NCBI GenBank assembly: GCA_001917535.1
Contig: MNEF01000106.1
Location: 1,511-65,510, forward strand
Length of the DNA: 64,000 bases
Direction: 5' to 3'
DNA from: Candidatus Rokubacteria bacterium 13_1_40CM_69_27
Lineage (GTDB): Bacteria > Methylomirabilota > Methylomirabilia > Rokubacteriales > CSP1-6
Part shown: piece after piece, positions 31,368-41,489 of the stretch
How the letters are laid out: every line of letters begins with the position of its first letter
Numbering within the stretch: position 1 is the stretch's first letter
Made by a program: the position numbers and the translations under genes
The notes under the pieces: model-generated
Databases searched by the model: none
Told to the model about the DNA's origin: nothing
The model's input: the letters and a program-made list of their open reading frames with translations, nothing else

Positions 31368-33035
31368 ATGACGGTCGCCGAGATCCTCATGGAAGTCTTG
31401 ACATCCGCCGGCGTGCGCTACCTCTTCGGCAATCCCGGCACGACCGAGCTGCCGTTTCTCGACGCCCTTCCGGACTCCGGCCTCGAGTACGTGGTGGGCC
31501 TGCAGGAGGCCGTCGCAGTGGCGGCGGCCGATGGTTACGCTCAGGCCTCGGGGCAGGTGGGCGTGGTCAATGTCCACGTGGCGCCGGGCGTGGCCAACAG
31601 TCTGTCGATCCTCCACAACGCGGCGCGGGCGAAGTCACCCCTGCTGCTGACGGCCGGACAGCAGGACACGCGTTTCCTGCTCCACGAGCCGATCCTGGCG
31701 GCGGATCTCGTGCAGATGACCGAGCAGTTCACCAAGTGGTCGTGCGAGGTCCGGCGTCCGGAGGAAGCGCCCGTCGCGCTGCGCCGGGCGCTCACGGTGG
31801 CCACGACGCCGCCCACGGGGCCCGTCTTCCTCTCGCTCCCGATGGATCTCATGGGCGCCGTGGTGGAGGATGCGGCTCGGGGGCCCGGCCCGGTCGCCAC
31901 GCGGAGCCTGCCCGAGCCGTCGGCGATCGCTCGCGCCGCCGAGCTGCTCCGTGCCGCCGGCGCGCCCCTTGTCATCGCCGGCGACGGCGTGGCCCGTGCC
32001 CAGGCGCTCCCCGAGCTGGTCGCCCTGGCCGAGCGCCTGGGCGCCCGCGTCCACGGCGAGCCCGTGTATCGCCGCACCAGCTTCCCCAGCGATCACCCGC
32101 TGTGGCGGGGCGGGCTCTTCCCGGCGCCGAGCGCCGTCAGGAAGGCGCTGGAGGACTGCGATGCGCTCCTCGTCGTCGGAGCGAACGTCTTCACGTGGTT
32201 CCTCCACGCGCCGGGCGAGCCTTTCCCGCGCGGGCTGCCGGTCGTCCAGATCGACGACGATCCATGGGAGATCGGGCGCAGCTACCCCGTGACGCTGGGC
32301 ATCGTCGCCGACCCCAAGGGCACGCTGGCCGCGCTGACGGCGGCGCTCGCCGAGCGGATGAGCGCGGCCGACCGCGCCGCCGCGGCCGCGCGGGGGCAGC
32401 AGATCGGCGCGGCACGAGCGGAGGCGGTGGCCCGGATGCGGGCGGCGGCGGAGGCGGAGGCCGACCGCGTCCCCATCTCGCAGGCCTACCTGATGCACAC
32501 GCTGGCCTCCGTCGTCCCCGACGATGTGGTGGTCGTGGACGAGTCGGCGACGTCATTGCCCTTCGTCCTGCGCTACCTGCCGGCCGGGCGGCCGGGGTCC
32601 TTTTTCGGCTCGAAGACGGGCACGCTCGGCTGGGGCATGGGCGCGGCGATCGGCGTCCAGCTCGGCGCCCCGGGCCGGAAGGTCATCGCCACCATCGGCG
32701 ACGGCTCGGTGATGTACGCACCCCAGGCGCTGTGGACGGCGGCACACTACCGTCTCCCGATCACATACGTCGTGCCGAACAACGCGTCGTACGCGATCCT
32801 CAAGTCCGGCATGCTGAGCCTCGGCCTCCAGTCGGCCAAGCGCGGGATCTATCCCGGGATGGACCTCGTGAACCCCGAGATCGATTACCCGGCACTCGCC
32901 AAGGCGCTCGGCGTGCGCGCCGAGCGGGTGGAAAAGCCGCGCGAGCTTCGCGATCTTCTGGTCGCGTGCCTCGCCCATCCCGGTCCCACGCTCGTCGACG
33001 TCGTCATCGACCGCGGCTTCAAGGCGATGCTGTGA
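31368..33035 (+). CDS. ThDP-dependent enzyme, benzoylformate decarboxylase-like
   Basis: FGNPGTTELP, LQEAVAV, NVH, GDGS...NN. Confidence 0.88.
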   Translation: MTVAEILMEVLTSAGVRYLFGNPGTTELPFLDALPDSGLEYVVGLQEAVAVAAADGYAQASGQVGVVNVHVAPGVANSLSILHNAARAKSPLLLTAGQQDTRFLLHEPILAADLVQMTEQFTKWSCEVRRPEEAPVALRRALTVATTPPTGPVFLSLPMDLMGAVVEDAARGPGPVATRSLPEPSAIARAAELLRAAGAPLVIAGDGVARAQALPELVALAERLGARVHGEPVYRRTSFPSDHPLWRGGLFPAPSAVRKALEDCDALLVVGANVFTWFLHAPGEPFPRGLPVVQIDDDPWEIGRSYPVTLGIVADPKGTLAALTAALAERMSAADRAAAAARGQQIGAARAEAVARMRAAAEAEADRVPISQAYLMHTLASVVPDDVVVVDESATSLPFVLRYLPAGRPGSFFGSKTGTLGWGMGAAIGVQLGAPGRKVIATIGDGSVMYAPQALWTAAHYRLPITYVVPNNASYAILKSGMLSLGLQSAKRGIYPGMDLVNPEIDYPALAKALGVRAERVEKPRELRDLLVACLAHPGPTLVDVVIDRGFKAML

Positions 33036-34648
33036 CGGCACGCACGGGCGGGGAGTGGGTGGTCGAAGCGCTCCGCGCGGAGGGCGTGCGCCACGTGTTC
33101 GGCATCCCCGGCATCCACAACCTGACGATCTACGACGCGCTCCTCCGGCAGTCGGAGATCACCCACATCCTCGCGCGCCACGAGCAGGGGGCGGCCTTCA
33201 TGGCCGACGGCTATGCCCGCGCGTCGGGGAGCGTCGGCGTGGTGGTGGTGACGACGGGTCCCGGGGCCACGAACACGCTGACCCCGCTGGCCGAGTCGTA
33301 CTCGGCCTCGATGCCAGTCCTCGTCATCATGTCCGACATCGCCTCGACGCTGGTGGGCCGCGACGTCGGCGCCCTTCACGAGGTCCCCAACCAGATCGAG
33401 TGCTTTCGACCGGTGTGCCGCATGGCCGAGACGCTCGCGTCGGCAGCCGAGATCCCGACGACGATCGCCGGCGCCTTCGACATCTTGCGGACCGGGCGGC
33501 CCGGGCCGGTGGTCATCTCCATTCCGAACGATCTCCTCGGCGCGAACACCGAGGGCGTGCTCAGGGCGACCCGGAGTGGCCGCCGGCCGCCGTGTCACGT
33601 GGCCGAGATTGCGGAGGCCGCCCGCCGCCTGGCCGGGGCCCAGCGTCCGCTGATTCTGGCCGGCGGCGGGGTGATCGCCGCGGGCGCCGAACGGGAGCTG
33701 CTGGCGCTGGCGCGACGGCTGGACGCCCCGGTGATCACCACCGTGATGGGGCGCGGCGCCATCGCCGCGGACGATCCTCTCTGGCACGGCGTGCTTCCCG
33801 ACAAGCGCGCGACCGAGCCGGTGCTCCGCGAAGCCGACGTGATCTTCGCGGTCGGGTGCCGCTTCGCCGCGCGCTCGACCCAGGGACTCCTGCTCAACCT
33901 CTCGCTGGCGCCCGACCAGACGCTCATCCACCTCGATCTGGACGCCACGGTGATCGGCAAGCTCTTCAAGCCCCAGCTCGGGATCGTCGGCGACGCCAAG
34001 GACGGCCTGGCCCGACTGCTGGAGACGCTCGGACCAGGCGGGGGCCGGAGCGCCTGGGACCATGCCCGGCGCGGCGAGCAGCGCGAGGCCGCCAGCCCCC
34101 GTTACACCCGGGAGATCGCGGAGCTCATCCGGATGCTGCGCGACGGACTGCCCCGCGAGGCCATCGTGGTCAACGACCAGAGCGGCATCAACTACTGGAT
34201 GGAGTGGCGCTTCCCGGTGCTGGCACCGAGGACGTTTCTCTATCCTGTCGGTTCGGCCACGCTCGGCTACGCTGTGCCAGCGGCGATCGGCGCTCGGATC
34301 GCCAATCCCGGATGCCCCGTGGTGGCGGTGGTGGGCGATGGCGGGTTCATGTTCTCGGTCAACGAACTGGCGACGGCGGTGAAATACCGCCTGCCGATCG
34401 TCTTCCTCCTGATGAACGACAACCGCTACGGCGCCATCAAGTGGCTACAGGAGAAGATGTTCGGGCGCTGGGGCGAAGCGGATCTCGCCAACCCCGACTT
34501 TCCGGCGCTGGCCCGCGCCTTCGGTGCCGGCGGCGAGTGCCTGCCCAGCCTGGACGCGCTGCCTCGGGCCCTGGCGGCGGCGCTCAAAGCGGGCGGGCCG
34601 ACGGTGCTCGAGCTGGCGATGAACATCGACCCCCCATGGGATCTTTAG
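33032..34648 (+). CDS. ThDP-dependent enzyme, acetolactate synthase-like
   Basis: FGIPGIHN, RHEQGAAFMADGYAR, TTGPG, GDGG...ND; GTGA overlap. Confidence 0.88.
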   Translation: MTARTGGEWVVEALRAEGVRHVFGIPGIHNLTIYDALLRQSEITHILARHEQGAAFMADGYARASGSVGVVVVTTGPGATNTLTPLAESYSASMPVLVIMSDIASTLVGRDVGALHEVPNQIECFRPVCRMAETLASAAEIPTTIAGAFDILRTGRPGPVVISIPNDLLGANTEGVLRATRSGRRPPCHVAEIAEAARRLAGAQRPLILAGGGVIAAGAERELLALARRLDAPVITTVMGRGAIAADDPLWHGVLPDKRATEPVLREADVIFAVGCRFAARSTQGLLLNLSLAPDQTLIHLDLDATVIGKLFKPQLGIVGDAKDGLARLLETLGPGGGRSAWDHARRGEQREAASPRYTREIAELIRMLRDGLPREAIVVNDQSGINYWMEWRFPVLAPRTFLYPVGSATLGYAVPAAIGARIANPGCPVVAVVGDGGFMFSVNELATAVKYRLPIVFLLMNDNRYGAIKWLQEKMFGRWGEADLANPDFPALARAFGAGGECLPSLDALPRALAAALKAGGPTVLELAMNIDPPWDL

Positions 34649-34853
34649 ATGGCCGCCTCCATGTGACGGTCTGTCATCGGCGAGGATCGATTGTCACAGA
34701 TCCGGTGAGCCGCGCCGCCACTCGCTGCTGCGTAACCTCCTGATATAGAAGACGATCGGCCGCGTCCAGGCTGCGGCATTATCCGTGCAGCGACGGTGGC
34801 TTCTCCCTAAGGGCGGGGCAGCGACTACCCCGCGCGAGTCGAAAGGAGGAGTC

Positions 34854-35381
34854 ATGAAGGCACGTCATTGTCATCCTCTCGTGATCTGGCTCGTGGCATT
34901 GGCGACCATTTTCGCCGGGTGCGCCACTCCCGGAACCACGGAGACGTCGGGCGCCTCGGGCGCGGCGGGTGTCAGGCAAACGGCAGGTGCCGGTGATGCC
35001 ACGGGCATGGGGCCACGTCCGTCGCCGAAGGAATTCGTCCCCCTCAGGAGTCTCCCCGACATCCACTTCGATTTCGACCGCTACGAGATACGAGCGGATG
35101 CGGCGAAGGTCCTCGAGGGGACCGCGGACTGGCTGAGAACGAATCGGGACGTGTTGATTCTGATCGAGGGGCACACCGACGAGCGGGGCACCAACGAGTA
35201 CAACCTCGCGCTCGGCGATCGTCGCGCCCGGGCCGCGCTGAACTACCTCGTCTCCCGCGGCGTGCAGAAGAACCGGATCACGACCATCACCTACGGCGAA
35301 GAGCGGCCGCTCTGCACCTCGCGGACCGAGGAGTGCTGGAGCGAGAACCGCCGGGCCCACTTCGGAATGAAGAGCCGGTAG
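34854..35381 (+). CDS. pal: Peptidoglycan-associated lipoprotein (OmpA C-terminal domain)
   Basis: Lipobox FAGC; IHFDFD, EGHTDERGTNEYNLALGDRRA, YGEERP, NRRA; AAGGAGG RBS. Confidence 0.88.
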   Translation: MKARHCHPLVIWLVALATIFAGCATPGTTETSGASGAAGVRQTAGAGDATGMGPRPSPKEFVPLRSLPDIHFDFDRYEIRADAAKVLEGTADWLRTNRDVLILIEGHTDERGTNEYNLALGDRRARAALNYLVSRGVQKNRITTITYGEERPLCTSRTEECWSENRRAHFGMKSR

Positions 35382-35433
35382 CCCTCCGACTGCGCCGCGG
35401 GCGAGCAGCGGCGTCCTCGCCCACGGCTCACGT

Positions 35434-36519
35434 TCAGTCGCTGTCCGTCAAGGGCACGCAGGCGGCGGCGGGCAGGGTGAGCGTCACTTCCTGACCCGCC
35501 CGCACGGCCGCCGGGGGCGGCCCGGCCACGCGCAGGACCACATCGCTCCCGTCCACCTGCACCTGATAGTCGATGGCGTCACCGAGATAACTCGTGCGCT
35601 GAACGGTCCCTCTCAGCACGTTCACCCCCTCACCGGGGGTCCTCGGTGAGGACGCGGGCGCCAGGGCGATCTCGTGGGGGCGGATGGAGACCGTCACGGC
35701 CGCGCCGGGCTTCAGGCTCGCCGAGGCCACCCGGAGGCTGAGCCCGCCTCTGGCTACGCGATCGGGAGCGGCGGCCACCCCGTCGATCAAGTTGGTCTTG
35801 CCGATGAAGTCGGCGACGAAGCGCGTGCGGGGCTGCTCGAAGAGCTGATGCGCGGTTCCGATCTGGACGAGGCGTCCCCGGTAAAGCACCGCGATCCGGT
35901 CGGAGATGACCATGGCCTCGGCCTGGTCGTGGGTGACATAGAGCGTGGTGATCCCGAAGGCCTCGTGAAGCCGGCGGATCTCGAAGCGCATTTCCTCACG
36001 GAGATTTGCATCCAGGTTACTGAGAGGTTCGTCGAGTAACAGGATCTCCGGCTCGACCACCAGCGAACGGGCCACAGCCACGCGCTGCTGCTGGCCCCCC
36101 GACAGCTCGCCCGGGTAGCGCGACTCGAACCCCTCGAGGTGGACGACCTTGAGGATCTCCCGCACCCGGCGCTCGCGCTCGGCTCGGGACACCTCCTGCT
36201 TGAACCGCAGGCCATACGCGACGTTCTGGGCGACCGTCATGTGGGGCCACAGCGCGTAGCTCTGGAAGATCATCGCCATCCGTCGCCGTTCCGGCGGGAC
36301 GACGGCGCTCGGCGACGACAGACACCGGTCGCCGACCCAGATCTCGCCGGCCTCGGGCCTGAGGAATCCGGCCACGACCCTGAGCGTCGTCGTCTTCCCG
36401 CATCCCGAGGGGCCGAGCAGCGCCACCAGCTCGCGGGGTTTCACCTCGAGGGAAAGCCCCTCGACGGCGGCGACCTCGCCGTAGCGCTTGGTCAGCTCCT
36501 TGACGATCACTCCGGGCAT
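35434..36519 (-). CDS. ABC transporter ATPase (FbpC/PotA-like, TOBE domain)
   Basis: [23 protein letters not shown]. Confidence 0.94.
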   Translation of the reverse strand: MPGVIVKELTKRYGEVAAVEGLSLEVKPRELVALLGPSGCGKTTTLRVVAGFLRPEAGEIWVGDRCLSSPSAVVPPERRRMAMIFQSYALWPHMTVAQNVAYGLRFKQEVSRAERERRVREILKVVHLEGFESRYPGELSGGQQQRVAVARSLVVEPEILLLDEPLSNLDANLREEMRFEIRRLHEAFGITTLYVTHDQAEAMVISDRIAVLYRGRLVQIGTAHQLFEQPRTRFVADFIGKTNLIDGVAAAPDRVARGGLSLRVASASLKPGAAVTVSIRPHEIALAPASSPRTPGEGVNVLRGTVQRTSYLGDAIDYQVQVDGSDVVLRVAGPPPAAVRAGQEVTLTLPAAACVPLTDSD

Positions 36520-36529
36520 CGAGGCGGCC

Positions 36530-38191
36530 TTACTCCTTCGCCCCCATGAAGTCGCGCCCCAGCACCCGCTGCATCAGCACCACCGTGCCGAAGGTCATGG
36601 CCAGCATGAAGAGGCCCAGGACGGCGATCGGCCCGAACTGGCCCTCTTCCTTGAGGTCGAAGATCACCACCGATATCACCTTGGTCGCGGGCGTGAACAA
36701 GATGATCGACGCCGAGAGCTCGCGGATCACCCCGATGAAGATGAAGCACCAGGTGGCGATGATCCCGCTGCGGGCCAGGGGCGCCGTGATCTCCCCGAGC
36801 ACGCGCAGGCGGCCGGCCCCGAGGATGCGGCCGGCGTCCTCGAGCTCCGGATGGACACCCTTGAACGTCGCGTCCGCCTGCGAGTACCCGACGGGCATCT
36901 CCTTGGTGACATAGGCGACGAAGAGGATCCAGAGCGTGCCGTAGAGGAGGAGCGGCGGCCGCGTGTAGGCGATGAAGAGGCCGACGGCGAGCACGACACC
37001 GGGGATGACGATGGGCGCCAGGGCCAGGAAGGCCAAGACTTGATGGCCGATGATCAGCCGGCGGTTGGTGACGTAGGCCAGCAGGGCCGCCAGCCCGGCG
37101 CCCACCGTCGCCGTCATCACGCCGAGCTCGAGCGTGTTGAGCACCGCCGACTGGGTGGCGCTGTACTCGAAGAAGGTGAACGTGAAGTTCGCCAGCGTGA
37201 GGTTGTCCCAGGTGAGCGGCTGGGCCCAGGCGCGCGAGAGCGCCGCCTTGGCCAGGACCCCGTAGGGGAGGAAGATCGCGCACGCCAGCAGGGCCAGGCA
37301 CCCTCCCAGCGCCGGATAACGCCAGAGGCCGAGCGGAATAGCCCGGCGCCGGCCACCCTTGCCGCCGATCGACGCGTAGCCGCGCCGCCCCAGCAGCCGC
37401 TTCTGGACCTGCAGCAGGAGCGCCGTGGCCAGGAGCAGGGGAATGGAGAACGCCGCCGCCATCTCCACCTTGGGCGGGTAGTGGAAAAAGGACCAGATCT
37501 GCGTGGTGATGGTGTGGAAGCCGGCGGGGAGCGCGAGGATGGCGGGCGAGCCGAACAGGGCCAGGGCCTGCAGCACGGCCAGGATGAAGCCGCTGAGGAT
37601 CGCCGGGGCCACCATCGGCAGCGTCACCGTGGCGGCCACCCGGAGCCGGCCGGCGCCGAGGATGGCGGCCGCCTCCTCCAGATCGGAGGCGATCAGCGCC
37701 AGCGTGTTGGCGATCATGATGTAGACGTAGGGGAAGGTGTAGATCGCCACCACGAAGATGAGGCCCGGCATGGTGAAGATGTTGACGAGGGCGTCGTCGG
37801 CGCCGCTGAGATTTCGGTAGAGCTTGTTGAGCAGCCCGGCGTTGGGGCCGGCCAGCATGACCCAGGCGAAGGCGCCCAGGAAGGGCGGCGTCACGAAGGA
37901 CGCCATGATGAGCCCGCGGATCAGCGTCTGGCCGGGCAGGTCCGTGCGCGCCGTGAGCCACGCCATCGGCGCCCCCAGGGCGACGGAGGCCAGGCCCACC
38001 CAGAACGCCATCACGACCGTGTTCCACAGTGCCTTCTGCAGCTGCGGGTCCTGGAAGACCGTGGCGTAGTGGGCGAGCGTGGGCCCGCTCTCGCTGCTGA
38101 CGCTCACCCAGCCGATCCACCCGAGCGGGAGGGCCATCAACACCACGAGGGCGAGCGCGGCAGCCACCCAGACCGGAATCGAGCGGTCCAT
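36530..38191 (-). CDS. ABC transporter permease (FbpB-like, duplicated domain)
   Basis: Two EAA loops (LEEAAAILGA, LEDAGRILGA). Confidence 0.93.
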   Translation of the reverse strand: MDRSIPVWVAAALALVVLMALPLGWIGWVSVSSESGPTLAHYATVFQDPQLQKALWNTVVMAFWVGLASVALGAPMAWLTARTDLPGQTLIRGLIMASFVTPPFLGAFAWVMLAGPNAGLLNKLYRNLSGADDALVNIFTMPGLIFVVAIYTFPYVYIMIANTLALIASDLEEAAAILGAGRLRVAATVTLPMVAPAILSGFILAVLQALALFGSPAILALPAGFHTITTQIWSFFHYPPKVEMAAAFSIPLLLATALLLQVQKRLLGRRGYASIGGKGGRRRAIPLGLWRYPALGGCLALLACAIFLPYGVLAKAALSRAWAQPLTWDNLTLANFTFTFFEYSATQSAVLNTLELGVMTATVGAGLAALLAYVTNRRLIIGHQVLAFLALAPIVIPGVVLAVGLFIAYTRPPLLLYGTLWILFVAYVTKEMPVGYSQADATFKGVHPELEDAGRILGAGRLRVLGEITAPLARSGIIATWCFIFIGVIRELSASIILFTPATKVISVVIFDLKEEGQFGPIAVLGLFMLAMTFGTVVLMQRVLGRDFMGAKE

Positions 38192-38201
38192 GCGCGGGAT
38201 C

Positions 38202-39230
38202 CTAGGCCCCGAAGAACTCCACGAAGCGCTTCTTGATCTCCTCGTTGCGCTTCTCCAGCTCTTCGGGATCGACCTGGAGCAGCTTGAGCTCGTCCAGCTT
38301 CGGCTTGTCGGCCGGGTACTTCACTTCGGGGTGCCCGGTGTAGAGGCCCTCGCTGTCGGCCATGACCTGCTGGACATCCTTGGTGAAGGTGAAGTCGGTG
38401 AAGAGCTTGGCCGCATTCGGATGCGGGGCGAAGGCGGTGATGGCGGTCGGCGAGACGACGAGCGGCACGCCATCCTTGGGATACACGATCTCGATCGGGC
38501 TGCCCTTCTTCTTCAGCTGATACGCGCTGTAGTCGCCGCCGTTCACGGCCACCGAGCGCTCGCCGGAGGCCACCACGGCGGACGGGTCGGCGGCCGACTG
38601 TACGATCATGGCCCGGTTCTGAGCGAGCTGCTTGAAGTAGTCCCAGCCGTAGTGGTTCACGAGCGCCAGCACGTGGGTGGCGATGACACCGCTGTAGCCG
38701 GGATGGGCCGTGACCAGCTTGCCCCTCCACTTGGGGTCGAGCAGCTCCTTCCAGGTCCTGGGGGCCTCCACCGCCGACACGATCTTCGTGTTGTAGGCGA
38801 TGACGTTGACCGTGGCCCGCAAGCCGTAGTAATAACCATCGCGGTCCTTGAAGCCCGCCGGGAACTTGTCGACGCCCGCCGGCGTGTAGTGCATGAGGAG
38901 CTTCTTTTCCTTGAGGAGCACGAAGTGGCCGGCGTCCGAGGTGTGGACGACGTCCACGTTCTTGATGTTGGCCTGGAGCTCCTGCATGAGCTTCTGCAAG
39001 ATGCGCTGCGAGCCGGTGCGGTGGACCTCCACCTTGATCCCCGGGTAGGCCGCCTCGAACAGCTTGGCGACCTTCTCGGCGCTGGGGAGGACCAGCGAGG
39101 TGTACCAGACGACTTTACCTTCCTTCTTGGCGGCCTCCAGGTGCCCGTCCTGGGCGGAGGCCGGCGCGGCCCCGCCCAGCAACACCAGCACTCCGAGAAC
39201 CGCCATCGGGAAACGCCAACGCTGGGCCAT
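38202..39230 (-). CDS. ABC substrate-binding protein (AfuA/FbpA-like)
   Basis: Signal peptide, AAKKEGKVVWYTS, LLDPKWRGK, APHPNAAKLF. Confidence 0.92.
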   Translation of the reverse strand: MAQRWRFPMAVLGVLVLLGGAAPASAQDGHLEAAKKEGKVVWYTSLVLPSAEKVAKLFEAAYPGIKVEVHRTGSQRILQKLMQELQANIKNVDVVHTSDAGHFVLLKEKKLLMHYTPAGVDKFPAGFKDRDGYYYGLRATVNVIAYNTKIVSAVEAPRTWKELLDPKWRGKLVTAHPGYSGVIATHVLALVNHYGWDYFKQLAQNRAMIVQSAADPSAVVASGERSVAVNGGDYSAYQLKKKGSPIEIVYPKDGVPLVVSPTAITAFAPHPNAAKLFTDFTFTKDVQQVMADSEGLYTGHPEVKYPADKPKLDELKLLQVDPEELEKRNEEIKKRFVEFFGA

Positions 39231-39232
39231 GC

Positions 39233-40639
39233 TCAGTCCTCTCGTCGGAGTGAAGCCGCCAGACCCTCCAGCCGCGGCGCTCCGGGCAGCCGCTCGACTT
39301 CGCGGACCACCCGATCGATGCGCTCGACCGACAGGGCCAGGGCGGCGTTGCCGCGGAATTTCGCCTCTAGCTCGTCGCGCGTCAACGGGGAATCAGGGCC
39401 CCCACGCGGATGCTCCTGGCGGGCCTCCACCACGCGGCCATCGGCGAGGCGCACCAGGACGTGACCGGAGAACTGGCGGGGGTAATCGATCGTGGGGTCC
39501 ACCTCGTAGCCGACCTTCTCCGCTACCCGCAGCACCCTCTCATCCCCGACCGCCTCGTCGGTGAAGCAGGCCAGCCCGGCCTCCCCCCTGACCAGCATCG
39601 TCGCCAGCAGGTAGGGGAGGCTGAACTTGGCCGCGTAGCCGTTCGCCGGGCGGTGCTTGGCGGCCAGGGGCTCCCAGAGACGAGGCACGGGGCCGGCCGC
39701 CGTCCGGCATCGGATCTCGACGATCTCTTCGGCTCGGACGCGGTGCTCCTGCCGAAGCCGGAGGGCGCAGTCCATGTACGGGTGGGCGATGGAGCCACAG
39801 GGATAGGGCTTGAAGGTGAGCCGTTCGATCTCCCACTCCCGGCCGAGGCTCTCCAGCAGCCTCTCGAGCCGGGCGGCATCGAAGCCGTCGGCGAACGCGC
39901 GGTAGAAGCCGTGCTCGCCTTCGAGCACGCGGGCGGGACCGCTGAACCCGTGGCGGGCCAGGAGGGTCGCCACCACGCCCGCGTGGGCCGCCCAGCCCGG
40001 GTGCAGGCGCTTCGTCCACGCTCCATCGGCCAGGTACTCGATGATGCCGCCCGCCTGGCTGCCGCAGATGCCGAGGGCGTCGACGAGCTGGTCCTCGGTC
40101 AGCCCGTACAGCCGGGCGGCCGCGGCCGCTGCGGCGAAGCCGCCCGTCAGCGCCGTCGGATGAAAGTGGCGCGCGTGAAATTTTCCGGGGACGGCGAGCC
40201 CGACGCGGCACATCACCTCGACCGCCGCCACGATCGCCTCGACAACAGCGGCGCCGGAGGCCACCACGGCCTCACCCACGGCAAGGGCGGTGGGCACCGC
40301 GACGCATCCGGTGTGGACGATCGCGTCCTCACGCGTGTCGTCGAAGTCGAGCCCGTGGGCCAGCGTGCCATTGGCGAGGACGGCGCTGGCGGCGCCGACT
40401 CTCTCTTTGGCGCCCACCAGCGTGCTCTCCGGCGCGCCGCCGAGTCGGAGCGCCGTCTCGGTCGTGGCCCGGCCGAATTCCATGGTGGAGGCGGCGAGGC
40501 AGCTGCCCAGCGTGTCGAGGACGAGGAGCGTGGCGCGTTCGACGGCGGCCGGAGGAATCGCGCCGAGCCGCAGGCCGAGCGCGAAGCGGGCCAGGCGTCG
40601 GGAGGCCGATCGTTCGCCCCGGCCGGGCCCCGCGGTCAT
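39233..40639 (-). CDS. MmgE/PrpD family protein
   Basis: AHGLDFDD, FHPT, TKRLHPG, FKPYPCG, AKFSLPY; ATGA overlap with the upstream gene. Confidence 0.92.
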   Translation of the reverse strand: MTAGPGRGERSASRRLARFALGLRLGAIPPAAVERATLLVLDTLGSCLAASTMEFGRATTETALRLGGAPESTLVGAKERVGAASAVLANGTLAHGLDFDDTREDAIVHTGCVAVPTALAVGEAVVASGAAVVEAIVAAVEVMCRVGLAVPGKFHARHFHPTALTGGFAAAAAAARLYGLTEDQLVDALGICGSQAGGIIEYLADGAWTKRLHPGWAAHAGVVATLLARHGFSGPARVLEGEHGFYRAFADGFDAARLERLLESLGREWEIERLTFKPYPCGSIAHPYMDCALRLRQEHRVRAEEIVEIRCRTAAGPVPRLWEPLAAKHRPANGYAAKFSLPYLLATMLVRGEAGLACFTDEAVGDERVLRVAEKVGYEVDPTIDYPRQFSGHVLVRLADGRVVEARQEHPRGGPDSPLTRDELEAKFRGNAALALSVERIDRVVREVERLPGAPRLEGLAASLRRED

Positions 40640-41421
40640 TTCCTGATCTCTTTGAGCACGCTCAGCATGGCGTTGTGGATGCGCCCGTTGCTGGCGACGA
40701 TCGCCGGCGCGTCCACATCGAGGCGGTCGCCCCGGAGATCGGTGACCCGGCCGCCCGCCTCCTCGACGAGCAGCGCTCCGGCCGCGACGTCCCAGGGGCC
40801 CACGCGGAGCTCCCAGTAGCCGTCGAAGCGTCCCGCCGCCACCCAGGCCAGATAGAGGACCGCGGAGCCCAGACGGCGGACGGCGCGGGCGCGAAGGCTG
40901 AAGGCGGCGTACTCGGCGAGGTTGGTGTCGGTCGTCTCGCGGATAGTGTACGGAAAGCCGGTCGCCAGCAGGCTCTCCCCGAGGCCCGCCGTGGTCGACA
41001 CGGCCAGCCGCTCGTCGCCGAGGAACGCGCCGCCACCGCGCTCGGCGACGAAGAGCTCGTCGTGGTTGGGATCGTAGACCACGCCCAGCGCGATCCGCTG
41101 GTCGACCTCCAGCGCAATGGAGACCGCGAACAGGGGAACGCCGTGGGCGTAGTTGGTGGTGCCGTCGAGCGGGTCGACGATCCATCGGCGCCCCGACCGC
41201 CCCGGCCGCGCGCCGCCTTCCTCGGCCAGAATCGCGTCGGCGGCGAACGCGGCGTGGATGCGCTCGGTGATGAGCGCCTCCGCGCGCGCGTCCATTTCGG
41301 TCACGAGGTTGGTCGGCGTGCCCTTGTACGAGATTCGCCGCGACCCGGACAGCTCGTTCAGCAGCAGGCGGCCGGCCGTGCGCGCGGCGTCGATCGCCAC
41401 GCGCCGCTCGAGGAACGTCAT
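40636..41421 (-). CDS. suhB: Inositol monophosphatase family protein
   Basis: AEE, WIVDPLDGTTNY, PWDVAAG. Confidence 0.92.
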   Translation of the reverse strand: MTFLERRVAIDAARTAGRLLLNELSGSRRISYKGTPTNLVTEMDARAEALITERIHAAFAADAILAEEGGARPGRSGRRWIVDPLDGTTNYAHGVPLFAVSIALEVDQRIALGVVYDPNHDELFVAERGGGAFLGDERLAVSTTAGLGESLLATGFPYTIRETTDTNLAEYAAFSLRARAVRRLGSAVLYLAWVAAGRFDGYWELRVGPWDVAAGALLVEEAGGRVTDLRGDRLDVDAPAIVASNGRIHNAMLSVLKEIRK

Positions 41422-41489
41422 GATTCAGCAGGCACTCTACCATATGCTCGCTTGACAACCAACGGAGGCTCCCGGAGCATGAAGAACCT

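Noticed and set aside
31262-34648. Apparent 1128-aa fusion; similar over-extensions at 12175, 14370, 25149 and 39233..41515
   Set aside because: The N-terminal parts are off-frame reads of the upstream gene; the real starts overlap the preceding stop codons.
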